The notes below the pieces were generated by a model, which was given only the letters and a program-made list of their open reading frames with translations, ran no database searches and had not been told where the DNA came from. Made by a program: the position numbers and the translations under genes. A stretch of 47,175 nt of DNA, counting the filler, from Streblomastix strix (taxonomy: Eukaryota): assembly GCA_008636045.1 (NCBI GenBank). It is 2 parts of 2 records of this genome, joined end to end, with 100 filler letters (N's around TTAATTAATTAA, not from the genome) between each part and the next. Parts side by side here need not be neighbours in the genome. Positions count along the whole stretch, not along the records: positions 1 to 23,539 come from SNRW01000273.1; positions 23,640 to 47,175 come from SNRW01000274.1. One strand, given 5' to 3'. Positions 13,301 through 26,600 of the stretch are shown in pieces (within the stretch, counting starts at the first letter, position 1; every line of letters begins with the position of its first letter).

Positions 13301-16300
13301 ATTGGAAATTGAAGTTTGAATGAACAATTAATAAAATTGAAAAATTAATTAAATATTATTAATATATTTAATTCATTTTATTTCAATTATTCAATTATAT
13401 TTTATTCCAATCATTCAATTATATTATTATTAATCAATTATATTATCAATAATCATTTTATTCCCCCTAATATTAAGGCTCGCACATCCATGTTCACCGA
13501 AATACGCAGCGAAGTAAGCCACTCTTTGATGGGACCTTTTGGAATGTTCGGTCCAATGTTCCATATGTTAAGAAGAGGAAACAGTAGCAATGAATAAAAT
13601 AATGAAGGAGGATTAAATAGTGGATCAAATAGTAATATTAATAATAATAATAGAGGAAGATAAGGAATTACTGTTAATAGAGCTGGATATAGAGGTAGAG
13701 GTGGTTTGTAGGGAAGAGGGAGAGGAAGAGGTGTTGGGTATGAAATATTATATATTATAGATATTGAATTATTGATATTGAATATATAGAATTATATAAT
13801 TGATGTTGAATGTATTGAATTTAATACTATATTGAATATATTGAATTTAATATTATATTGAACTATGATAATTTATTTATTTATATTATTAAATAAATAT
13901 TGAATTAATAATTTTATTATTAATTTTGCATTTATTTATTCAATTCATAAGAGTTTCTGCAAACCCGATGTTAAACCTACTCAGTAGCATAATGGGAATA
14001 CCTATTACTGAGATTCATCAACAATAACCGCGATAATAAACTTCTTCTTCATCATCATCATCTTCTTCATCTACTTCTTCATCATCCAATTAAACTAATT
14101 TACACCAATAAGCCGAAAGAATCAGAAATTAAAATGAATTACAATTTGAGTTTGAAGTTGATGATTAGGAATAAGAATAAGAACATGATTGGGGGGAAGG
14201 ATAAGGCGAACCAGAAGAAATGATGATTGTTTGTTTAATTTTAATTTAAATTGAATAATTTAATCAAAATAGTTATAATATTTTATTTATTTGTTTGTTT
14301 TTCTATACATTTATTATTATTTATTATTTTAGCCTATGTTCCAAAGACCGGTAATCAACTTTGAGTTATTCCTTCGAAGAGATCATATTATTGAAGATTT
14401 GTTAATTAAGGTTTGTTCATATTAGAAATTAGTATAAGGAAAATAAACATATAAATTTAATGTTATATCAATTTATTTGTTCATGTTAATTTTACTTAAT
14501 TATTATGTTAATTCAGCTTGAAAATACAAATGAGAATGATCTGAAAAAACCTCTTAAGGTCAAATTTGATAATGAAGAAGGTATTATATTTCACATATTT
14601 TCATTTACTTTCATATCTAAATAATTATTTAATAATTATCAAAATTAATTTATATCAATATAAGTAACTCATTTATTATACAAATTTTTCACAATACATT
14701 CTTCAGGTGTTGATGAAGGCGGTGTAACCAAAGAGTTCTTCCTCCTTATAACCCGAGAGCTCTTCAACCCAAATTATGGGATGTTCACATGGGGAGATGG
14801 AAATGAAGATGATGAATATGATGATGAATATAATAGGAGTAATAATAATAATAATAATAATAATAGTTAGATTAATTAGGGGTTGAATTATAAGTAAAGA
14901 TAAAGCGCAAGCTAATATTAGAGGGGGAATTAATAGTTGAATGAGAAGAAAAGCAAATCGCCACCAAAAACGCTTTCTTTTACTTCGAAGGATATTATTT
15001 CATCTCATCCTTAATAATAATAAATATAATAATCATCATCATCGTCAACATCTTCATTAATTAGTACAACCAAACCCAATCCAAAGAAAGAACTCGCGGT
15101 TATTCTTCCAACATAACAGCAATTAAACTCACAATAAGAAAAACTCAAGTAATAACAATTAAAACTCTAAAAAGAACAGAACGATTTACTACAACGTGCG
15201 AAACAGCATTATTATCACTGGTTTTCCCCGTTATACCACGAAGACAGCCGCGAATTCAAATTAATAGGCGTCGTTATTGGTCTGGCTATATATAACTCAG
15301 TTATACTCGATTTGCACTTCCCTTTAGCTGTGTATAAGAAACTGCTCAATATCGACCCAACTTTGGCTGATTTGGAGGAAATGAAGCCCGAAGTTGGAAA
15401 GTCGATGCGTCTGATGCTGGAAATGGGGAATAACAGAGAAAATAATAAGAAGAATATAAAGTTTAATGATATTGAAAATGAAGATGATGATAATAATGAA
15501 TAATAAGATCGTAAAGGAGGATTTAGTGACTAAGATGATTATGATGAAGAAGAAGATGAAGTTGCATAACTTGAGCAGACTTTCAGTATTACAAGGCGTG
15601 TTCTAGGAACCCTTGAGACGATTGATCTGAAGCCGAATGGCAGGAATATTCTAGTCACAAGCAAGAACAGAGTTGAATTTGTCAATTTGTACCTACGTTG
15701 GTACTTCCATACCGATGTTGAACAATCTTTTCTTCCCTTTTCTAAAGGCTTCAAATAAATAGCCAGTAATTTCATACAGAAATTAGATCCACATGAACTG
15801 CAGTTACTGGTTGTTGGTAAACCGAACTTAGATTTCCTTGAACTTAAAAACACAACACGATATGAAGGCGGCTTTGATGAGAACCATGTCAGTATTAAAT
15901 ATATATGGGAAATTCTTATTGACGATTTTGATGAAGAATAAAGAAGAGGATTTCTGAGATTTGTGACGAGCAGTGATCGAGCGCCGATTGGTGGGATGAA
16001 GGAGGTTTGAATTAATGAAATTAAATGAATATAATTTAATAAAATAAAAGATAATAATTTTTATTATTTATTAATTATTATTATTTATTAATTTTAACCT
16101 AATTTTTTTATTCATTTTAACCTAATTTTCTTATTCATTTTAATAATCATCTATTTATTCGCTAATTTTTTATACACTTTCAGATCCACATGATCATCCA
16201 GCGCAACGGTCCAGACTCAGAACTTCTTCCAACGTGTAGAACGTGTTTCAATGTCCTTCTGTTGCCTGAATATTCCAGTAAGTACAAAATGAAGAAGAAA

Positions 16301-16345
16301 CTGATCATTGCTCTGAATAATGGCGAGGGATTTGGATTAATGTGA
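10306..16345 (+). CDS. UBE3A: UBE3A/E6AP-like HECT E3 ubiquitin ligase with N-terminal AZUL zinc domain
   Basis: N-terminal [21 protein letters not shown] (AZUL pattern QLxxGCxxxxCxNxxC). HECT motifs [91 protein letters not shown]...EGFGLM, then TGA 16343-16345 at the expected HECT C-terminus. About 11 introns. Confidence 0.93.
12378..12591 (+). repeat. Intronic minisatellite of alternating 20/22-bp subunits (~42-bp higher-order unit) in the HECT gene
   Basis: Repeated TATTCAT(C/T)CATAT core, e.g. ...AATTATATTCATCCATATTATATTAATTATTCATTCATATCA... occurs twice at ~12491-12574, with degenerate copies upstream. Confidence 0.8.
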
Positions 16346-16806
16346 TATATATATGTATTAAATAATGTGAATGGATTATGCTAAATAAATAAATATATGG
16401 TTAGGGAAATTCAATTTGAGTTATTAATTGATGATTTGATATTATTAGTTATAGTAAGATAATTTAGTAATTCTGATTTTTAATAATTTTTCTTACATTT
16501 TAATTTTGGTCTTACTTTCTCGCCAATCATTCCGATTTATGCTTTTTGAGCGAATAGTATTATTTATTGTTTTTGTATATTTATAATGCAGTAAATCAAA
16601 GTTCTATTAATAATAAACAACAAATAGAAATAGAAATAGGAAATGGAGTGAAGTGAAATACACTATTGTAAGTAAATGTTGATATATTTATAAATTTATA
16701 TAACACAATTACTAATAATTGCAATATTCATTCATTTAATTATTCATAAATCTAAATTAAAATTATATTCACTATACAATAATAATCCATTCATTTACAA
16801 TATTAT

Positions 16807-18071
16807 TCACCAAGGTCTTGTGCTTCTATTCCCCATACCAGCCCATGTCTACTCACTTTATCCATAATTATCATCATACTTACTTCCAAAAGGAGATGAA
16901 TTGTGATCCATGAAATATTGATTTGTTGCTAAAACATTGTCAGCAGAGGTCGCATTGGATGTTAATGGGTTTTTACCACTGCCTCCGCCCCAACCTGAGA
17001 ATACATAAATATTGATATAATGAAAATATATAGATATATATAATAATTTAAATATAATATAATATATTAATATTTATATCTATTCTATATATTAATCACA
17101 CCACTTCCCCATCCTTCAATATTTCCACCTCGTCTGGGTCTCGAATCTGCTTAGAAATAATCTTCATTCAAAGGATCCCCAAATCGTGAATAATCTCTGT
17201 CTAATGGTCCAAATGATTTATTTGGTTTATTTGGTTTATTCATGATTGACTTTTAATTGGGTTTGTTATCATCGTTATATTTGCTGAATTTATTGGACGA
17301 TGAACTTCGCGTTTTATTCTGAGATGAAGAAGATGTCGGCTGTAAATATCGAGGTTTGTTTTATTACGATCTTGCTCGACTATTATTATTACTACTGCTA
17401 TTATTATCTTTAATTGTATCCTAATCCATTTACTAAGTTTAATTCATTTCTTTTTCTTTACCACGAACTCCAGAAGCAGTTTTACTTATATTTTTATTCT
17501 TAGGTTTTGGATATGAAATATTCAGTCCTTTTCCAGTTCCACCTCCACTGAATCCTCCTCCTCTATATTTCTATTATTGTATTTATTACTCATATTATTA
17601 TTACTGATTAACTTATTTAGGATGTTACTATGAGTATTTCCTGGCTTCATGAACAGCTTTGATGAATTGAAGATGTTCATCTCTCCAATTTCCTTTGTTT
17701 GGGTTGTAATGACTTCCGCTTCCACTGCTTCTACTGCCCCCACCAAAGCTAGATCCTCGCATTGATACTGGAAAGCCGGATGTGCGTTGTTGGCTGCTGT
17801 TGAATACACGGCTTGGGCCATCGTGGTTCACGTGCGCGCAGATTGATTGGTGTTTGTCAATACGATCAGTGGCGAATTGTCGGCCGCAGTATTAGCAAGG
17901 TTCCAGTGCACCTCCGTTGTTTACAGAATCAAAAATTGAACGGTGTGCTTTGGCTTATGATCGGGATTGTGCAGGCATATCACTGAATTTATTCCACGGA
18001 GCAGATTTCGGTTTCGATTTTGCTTTTGATTTAGTTTTTACCTTTCCTCGCGCTATTGATTTGGGCGGCAT
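16807..18071 (-). CDS. ZC2HC1/FAM164-type C2HC zinc-finger protein
   Basis: ATG at 18071 (MPPKSIARGK...). LEPCQYCGRQFATDRIDKHQSICAH matches zf-C2HC_2, followed by RVFNSSQQR and NWRDEHLQFIKAVHEARK as in ZC2HC1 proteins. One intron ~16996-17101. Ends CCT TGG TGA at 16809-16807. Confidence 0.85.
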
Positions 18072-18792
18072 TTATTTCTAAAAACAATTATCTGAAAATA
18101 AGTAAATTAATTATTAGAAATATAATAAAATAATAAATATAACAAATTATTATATTGACCCTTATTAAATATAGAATTTAAAATAAAAAAATATATTTAA
18201 TTTAATTAAATTGCTGTTTTCTTTGAATATTTTCATTAGTGAATTAAATATTATAGATAATATTAATTATAGACTCAAATATTTATATATTAAAAAATTT
18301 ATAATTCCGGTGTTGTAAGAATTTGACTTTTTTAGCTTTATGTTATCAAGGAATTATTTTTTGGTAGAAATTATGAAAATTGCGAACATTATATATTTAG
18401 ATTAAAATTAATAGAAAATGAATAAATATAAACTTTAAAATAATAAAGTTTATTTGGATTTATCTCACATCACCTTTGCAACAACAGAGTGCTAAATGAT
18501 ATATTGGTATATTGCTACAATTATTCTTTACATCTATAATTTATATAATATTAAACTCATCGTTGTCTAATTGACAAATATTAATAATTTAAAATAAAAA
18601 TAAGATTTTAACGATTAATATTACTAATATTTTAAATTAAAATATATATTTCATTCATATCTTTTTGTTTATACTTTTTAAATTAACAAATTAATTAATA
18701 TAACACTATTTTAGCGTTTTTTAATGAATATATATAAATTTTACATTCTAAACATTTTATTTCTAAAATTTTATTTATTTTTAATAATTTCT

Positions 18793-20951
18793 ATGTTTTC
18801 AAGTTGCCCGGAATATTGTTAACCAACTCCCAACAATTTTATACCTTAATAAACTGAAACTGAGCTCGTTGCCTATGGTTTGTTTGTTATTTTGAAGTTG
18901 TTTCAATTTTTAATTGCTTTAATTAAAATTCTTATCAAGGAGTTATTCAAAAAGCATTTTTAGCTCCTATGATCCTATTTATTTAAATTATTTGCCTTAT
19001 CTCATCTATTATGCTCTTACTTTTTGTAAATTGGATTACTGGTCTAATTGTATGGTTATTTATATTATTATTATTATTATTATTATTATTTTGGTTCTTT
19101 ATTTATTTATAATTTTGTTCCTTTTTATAGTTGATATTTGTCGACTTATTTTCGATCATATATGTTTTAATTTAGGGACATTTCGTTCTTTCTCATCACA
19201 AGAAACTCACTGTTAATTCAATTTCTCGTACAATAGTTTATGAACAGATTCCAATTACATGTGCATGTTGTTTCTGTACCTACAAACGAACGCGTGAGAT
19301 TCAATTTAATGAAGTTAATGAAGTCCGCTATATAATTGGTCAAAGAAATAACCAATACTTTTTAGTTATAGTTTTCTAGTTGAGAAGTGGTGAAATATTT
19401 ACTCCAGCTATAGAATTCACAGATTAGCAAATAAATTTCATAAAGAATCTGATGGAATAAGTTCCATAATAAGACGATCGTGCAATTTAGAGATAAGGAT
19501 AACGTCAACCAAATTTAAGATATGCTCCTCCACAATCTAGTTTGCAATTATCTCCATCAGAAACTGGAGTATAAGAAGCATCTAACTAGATTACACTCAA
19601 TTATATACATCAGTAGTATTAAATTCAGTCAGATATTGAATAGTAATTATATTAATCAAGCCAGTAACAAAGTCAATAATAATAATCTGATTCTATTGAT
19701 CACTCTTTACACGATTCTCTTCCTCCTGTTTAATAGAGTCAAAATTCTTCTCAATAAAGTTAATAAGAATAAGATAAACACCAAATTGAATCAAATTTGA
19801 GCAATATTGATAATAAATTAAAGAAAAGTTTAAATATTGAAAATGAAAAGATAAATAAAAAGATGGAAGAAAATCGTTCTGAATCAAGCATATCAAAACA
19901 CAAAAGTAAATCCCGTAAAATGAAGAAAGAAAAAGAAATTCATAAAACTGCTCAAAAAGAAAATGATATAGAAAAGCAAAATAAAACAGAAATGAATATT
20001 GAAAAGGAAAATGATTATGAAAATCAAAGTGAAAAAGCAAAATAAAAAGAATAAGATAATGTGATAAATTAAAATATAAAGAAATCAAAAGGTTAATATT
20101 AAATAAGTCATAAAATTGAAGATAATAAATCTGAAAATTCAATACAAACAAAGAAAAATAAAAAGGAAAAGAAAATTAATCTAACCCTTTCAAAAGAATC
20201 AAAGCATAAATAAAGAAAAAGAGATTATAATAATAAAGGAAAGAAACTTAATCAAAAAAATTAATCACAGAAATAAAAAGAATAAAATTAAGTTCCACAT
20301 TTGGATTTAAATGAAGGAATTTCAAAACTTAAGTCCAAATAATCAAAAACAAAGAAATTAAATAGAAAAGATGAATAAGATGAAGATTCTGAAAGTTCAA
20401 GTAGCTCATCATCTTCTTCATCTTCTTCTTCATCATCATCTTCTTCTTCTCAAATATAATCACCAGAATTATATCCAGAGATTATATTCTAAACTCCCAA
20501 ATCTCAATTCTCTACCAATAGTAATAGTGGAATTACATATGCGACAAGTCATCGTGGAGATCAATCTGAAAATGTGAGTGAAATATCAAGTCTTAATTCA
20601 TTTCAAAGTGGAAGATCAGATTTCAGTAGTTCAGAATTTGAATCTGGATGTGATAAAAGTGAGAAAGAAAAAGATAAAGAAAAGGAATTTGTTCCAACTG
20701 AATTCGAATTGAAGATGGACATGAAATATGCAAAATTTATGGTTTGATATATATAATTCATTAATTTTCATTATAGAAACAATAAAATTTTAAATTTAAT
20801 ATTAATCAACATTTTTTAATTCTTTATTTACAGTTTCCAGAAGAAAAAGAATAAGAAATTGATTAATATTAAAATAAAGATTAAAGCTCAAATGAAAGCA
20901 CAAGTTCAGATAGCATTTGAGCTGATGAAACAAATCAGGAAAAGAAAATGA
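18793..20951 (+). CDS. Hypothetical membrane protein: N-terminal hydrophobic hairpin, short beta-rich domain, long Q/K/E/S low-complexity tail
   Basis: ATG 18793, introns ~18878-18939 and ~19050-19130. Hydrophobic APMILFIQIICLISSIMLLLFVNWITGLILIFVDLFSIIYVLI. Frame open to 20741. The 3' end is ambiguous: TGA at 20745, 20918 or 20949 depending on last-intron usage. Confidence 0.7.
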
Positions 20952-20989
20952 AAAAATAAGCGAATTAGAATTTTATATAACAATCTTTG

Positions 20990-23539
20990 TCATTTGTTTT
21001 TATTCTTTTCTTTTTATTTTTTCTTCTTATCTTCTTCTTCTTCTTTATCTACTTCTTCTTATTCTTCTTCTTTCATTCTTATTTCTTTTTCATTTTTCTT
21101 ATGTTCTTCTTCTAGTTTAAATCAAAACCTATCATGATCTTCATCTTGTAGTTTCTTTATTCTATCTCTTTAAATATCTCTAGGCTCATTTTAATCTCTT
21201 TATTCTCTATCTTTATATGCATCTCTATTTCGATCTCGATCTCGATTGTCTTTTATTCTTTCCTTTGATCTATTCAAAGTATCATCATTATTATCATCAG
21301 CATTATCTTTATCTTATTATTTATCTTATTATTTATCTTATTATTTTTCTTTCTCCCTGATTTCTCTCAATTCTTTATCTCTCGCATCTCTTTCGCGATT
21401 TTCTCGATCTTTCTTTCTCTTCTCATCAGCTTCTCTTCTTCTTCTTTCTTCCTCATCTCTTCTTTTTTTCTCATCTTCAAGATTCTTTCTTCTTTCTTCT
21501 TGTTCTTATTTGATCAATTCTACTTCTTTTCTTCGACGTCTGCCATTTTCTTCATCTTATAATGTTCTTGAATCATCCAAATAATCTCGTTTAAGATTTC
21601 TATCAGAATATTTAGGTTTCTTTTCTTCTTATGCTGCTTGTTCTTCTGCTTCTAATTACATAGCAACTGCAAGTGCCGCAGCTGAAGCAGGTGAAAGTCC
21701 CATCGCTTATGCAGGAACAGCTGATACAGCTGGATGATCATTGATATTTCGGTCAGTATTATCTTTATCTTTGTCTTTATTATTTATAATTAATTAATTA
21801 ATTTCAATATTATCGCTGTTCTATCTATACTGAGGTAATGGAATTGGTATAATAGGAGGAGGAGGTGATTGTTGTCTTTTTGATTATAATTGTTCATTGT
21901 AAGATTTATTTTATTCAATTTATTTATTTGGCTTTTGAGATTAACTTTATTTATTTAATTAATCTTTTTAAATCATTCTTTTCTAATCTTAATCTTATTA
22001 TTATTCTTTCTCATATTCTTTCTTTTATTCTTTCTTTTATTCTTTCTTTTTTTCGCATTCTCTCAATTATAATTATTATTATTATTATTTATTCCATAAA
22101 TTTTAATCTTTTTCTTATTATTTTTCTAATTTTTTTTCTTATTTTTCAACAATATCAATTATTATTGGAAGCAGTTTTTTGGACTTGGATTTTATTTTTG
22201 AAATTTCATCTTCATTCCAGTTAGGCCATTATTTATTGCCCAATTCATTAATATATTTATCATTTGTTAATTATTCAACTTTCTCTCTAATAATAAATGC
22301 TACTATTATTTAATTAATATTTGATCCATATTTAAGAATAGATATTGAGAAATTAAGACATTCAAGAGTATATTATTCATCTTTGAAAAGTTTTATTTCA
22401 AATCCTTCATCAAGTATTGCATCATGGTTATCTATATATATTGATTATATATTGGAAAAAAGAATAAAATTAAATATAAAATTAATATTTAAATTAATAT
22501 AATTATATTCATTAATATATAAATGCATACCAGGGCATTCAGCTAGAAGTGAAAGTTCATCAATATAATGTAATTTGAGTTCTTTAATAACAATATTTCT
22601 AATTTCTGGTGGAAGAGGAAGTGCTTTGAATAGATAAGCAAATATTAATGCAATGCTAGAATGAATATCTTCATCTTTTTCATCTTTGAATATTTGAATT
22701 AATTTTGGAATTGTTCCATCTGACTACAATTATTAATATAATGGATGGTTTTACCCTTCTTTTAATCCATTAAGTTATAATTTGATAAAATTTAGAATTA
22801 TTTCAATTGCATTTTCTTTGACATCATAATCTTCAGAATCTAAAATTCTAGTCATTGATTGAATTATTCCTTTTTCAAATAAATTCTATTATTATAATTT
22901 TGTATGGAAAATGTCAAATAATTTAGATAATAGAGTAAGATATTAAGATTCAAATTGTAATATTGGAATAGAATTAACAAGTTTAATATATTGATCAATA
23001 AAGTCAGTTTTTATAATTATTAATTTATTTGCTTCTGGATTATTTGTGATTAATAATAATATTATTTCTTTTATAATAATCATTTTTCCATATCTTTCAT
23101 CTTCTTATACTGTTTTTGCAATTATTTCATTTGCCCCCTTCAGTAATCCTGCTTTAATCAATTCAATTAACCCTTCTTAACTTCTTCTTTCAACAACTCT
23201 TCTTATTTTTATTAATTCTTTCATTCCTTTTGGATCTGAATATGAACTTATAAGTTATTATTAATAATCATTATAGCATTTATCAATATTAAGTTTCAAT
23301 ATCATTTCTTTTGAAAATTAGTTTATGATTAATTGTTGTGTTTAACTAAATAATAAAATAAATTATTTAATTAATTAAAATTATTAAAACCAAAATATAT
23401 ATTTTTATGCATACATTCACATTCAGCAAGATAAGATAATGCAAGAAGTGATTCATGAACATAAATTAAATATTTATCTACAACAACTAATTTGAGATTA
23501 CTAATAATAGAAGATCCAATTTCATTTGGAAGTAGAGTT
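20990..23539 (-). CDS. ARM/HEAT-like repeat protein with charged coiled-coil C-terminus, 5'-partial, one internal TGA
   Basis: Two related modules each ending ...LAEC(E/P) followed by an intron. Helical repeats such as LFEKGIIQSMTRILDSEDYDVKENAIEIILNFI and LQSDGTIPKLIQIF...YLFKALPLPPEIRNIVIKELK. Frame continuous through internal TGA 21124-21122 to TGA 20992-20990. Confidence 0.8.
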
Positions 23540-23639
23540 NNNNNNNNNNNNNNNNNNNNNNNNNNNNNNNNNNNNNNNNNNNNTTAATTAATTAANNNNN
23601 NNNNNNNNNNNNNNNNNNNNNNNNNNNNNNNNNNNNNNN
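23540..23639. other. Artificial contig-joining linker (N44-TTAATTAATTAA-N44)
   Basis: Exactly 100 nt with symmetric N runs and a central six-frame-stop spacer TTAATTAATTAA (23584-23595). Genes on both sides are truncated at it. Confidence 0.95.
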
Positions 23640-23641
23640 CA

Positions 23642-26600
23642 AAATTGAATAAAGAGAAATAAAAAGAATAATTAAATAAAGAGAAAACCAAAGAAATATA
23701 ATAAAATTCAGAAAGAAATAAATCTCCATTTGATGAACCCATAAATAATACCAATGAAAATATTCTCATTTCTCCAACATTACCTTTAATTTAATCTCCT
23801 CATCAAGTTATTCCATCGTTATAATATCCTTCATAACAATAATTTTCTAACTCTAATTAATAATTATAATAGTAAGAATTAATTTAGAGGAATTTTGTTG
23901 ATACTGACAAACAATAAATATAACAAAGCAATTTGAAATTGTAATGGGACAATATTAGTGGTACTAGTTTGCTTTAATATGAATAAAAAGGAGATAAATA
24001 AACAGTTAATGATAATAATTAATAATCAGAATCAGAATCAGTGCCACAAGCAATATTTTAAAAACTTCTTAGTAACATGAAAGAAAAAAATCCACTTTTT
24101 TTGTTGTATGCTGAAAGATAAATGGCATTTTTAGGAAGAGTCTGCACTGTGCATGAGAATTTAGAGAATATGGAGAGAGAGGACAGAAAAACATACTTTA
24201 TTAGATTTGCTCGCGATATATACAATGTTTATGAACCGTTTCCTTCCCCGATATCACCCGAATTTTTCACTTAAAATATTAAACCCAATAATATTGTAGT
24301 TTATAAATCTAATGTTAAACCTGTGTTACTCCCATTTACAGTTGTGCTCTCAAAAGAAGTTTTAAAAAGAGGACTTGAAATATAAGAGAAAGGAGAAAGA
24401 AATTAAAATGGTTTGTTTGCTTAAATTAATTCAATAATAATCTCTTTAATTATTATGAACATGAAAAATTATTTTATTTATTTTAATTTTCTTTACTCTA
24501 ACTATTATATAAATTATATATCATAAATTGATTTGAATAAAGTGAGATATAAAGATAATATATCATTAGATGGGAATAGATAAGAAGAAATTATGAAATG
24601 AATGGATTTAATAGTCGAAAAGGATAATTAAAGTGAAAGACCATAATTTGAAGAATTAAAAGATAATTAATCATAAATTTCTATAGGCATAACAAATTCA
24701 TATTAAGAAATACAATAACAATAACAATAGTAAGTTAATTTAAATTAAAGTGAAATCGATGAATAATTTCAATATGAATATACCATGGCCGATAGTATTG
24801 ATATTCAATCTTAACATAAATAGACAAATAATAAAATGGAATAATCCTAATAATTGAATAAATTCAGCAATTAAGAGGGAAAAGAAAAAATGAATGAAAA
24901 AATGATAAAATATAATTAAGAAACCGAAAATAAAACTGTAGAGACTTAGAAAGATAATAATTAAGAGATGAATACAACATCAAATATAAGAATAACACCT
25001 AAAATATTTCTTCAGTGGGCCTTAGTACCTAAAAAGAAGCTGTAAGAATAGAGCAGCGAATCATATTCACATTTATTACAGAATAAGTTCAGTCTCTTTG
25101 GGAATGAGATATAAAACAAATTACAAAATGATAAATAATTTGCCTAATTTTATGATAAAAAGATGGGATTATAGAAACAGAAAGAAAAAGAAAGAAAGAA
25201 AGATTTGATTAGAGAAAAAGAATAGGAGAAGAAAGATAAACAGAAAGATAAGTAGAGAGATAAGTAAATAAAGAAAGAATAAGATGATTATAAATCTAAA
25301 TTAGATAAGGGAAACAATAAGTAGATTTAATTCACTGAATAGAAATAAGAAGAAATATATTATGGAGGGGCTAAATAAATAAAAGATAATAAATAAATAG
25401 AAAAATAAGATGATTTTGATCAGAATTCACTGATTAGCAAAGATTAGAATAGAAGATCATCTCATAGCCACAATAGTCACCATAGAAATAAAGAAAAGAA
25501 AGATAAGCACCATCATAAGCATAAACATTCACATTCTCATTCACATTCACATTCACATTCACACTCAAATAGAAGAAAGGATCAAAGTGAAGATAAAGAA
25601 TCAGATGTTAAATAGGAGAATAAATTTATTAATAAAATGAGTAGAAAAGGAAAACAAGGTTAAGGATTGACTGATGAAGAAGAAGATGAATATTAGGATG
25701 AAACACAAAAGAAGGAGAAAAAATAAAAGAATGAATAAGATGAAGAATTAAATAGAAAGAACAGTAGAAGAAAATCAAAAGAAGATTCATCTTCTGATGT
25801 TGATGAGGATGAGAATACCAGCGAAAATGAATAATTTGAATAATAGAACATAAATGATACATCATTGATTCATTCTCATTCATTTACTATGAAATAATAA
25901 ACTGAAAAACAAATCAGAAAAGAAGAAAAAGATAATGAAAAGCATAAAATCAGTTCTCCTGATGAATAAACACATTAATATAACTAATAATACAATAACC
26001 AAACTAATCCTTCACCTCCTTCTAATGTATCTGCATCAATTACTATACATCAGCCTTCTAATATTACAACACAAAATCATTCAACCAAAACAAATACACA
26101 ATAATAGTCCCAACTTCATCTGAATTAATCCACTCATTTGGAAACAGGACATCTTCAAATATTGACAAATTCTGAAGCTGTTTAAAATGATAAAAACAAG
26201 AAAAATGTTTAATAATAATAAAATGATTAATCTAATTAACAATAGTCTTCAATCATCAACAATTTTTAATCATTTTAATCCGTTTCACAGTCATTAATAT
26301 AATAATAAAATTTGAATTATACTTTTAATTAATAATTATTATAACAATCTTTCATTTAATAATCTCAAAACAATTAGTAATAATAATAAATTTTTTTGCA
26401 AGCACAATAACATTCATTTATTTTTAAGAATAATGATGATTGCAGATTAGATATGCTTGCAATGCAGATCATTACAATTATGGACAGTATTCTAAAGTAT
26501 TATACATTTTCTTTTATACATATTTTATTATTATCATTTTGTATAAATTAAAATATACTTAATGATATTATTACATTATTATGATTTTCTATATTTTTTA

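Noticed and set aside
21900..22100. Apparent frameshift in the low-complexity part of the ARM-like gene
   Set aside because: Codon-by-codon recount shows the frame is continuous.
23584..23595. TTAATTAATTAA as a biological palindrome or transposon target site
   Set aside because: It is centred in symmetric N runs and matches a standard assembly spacer.
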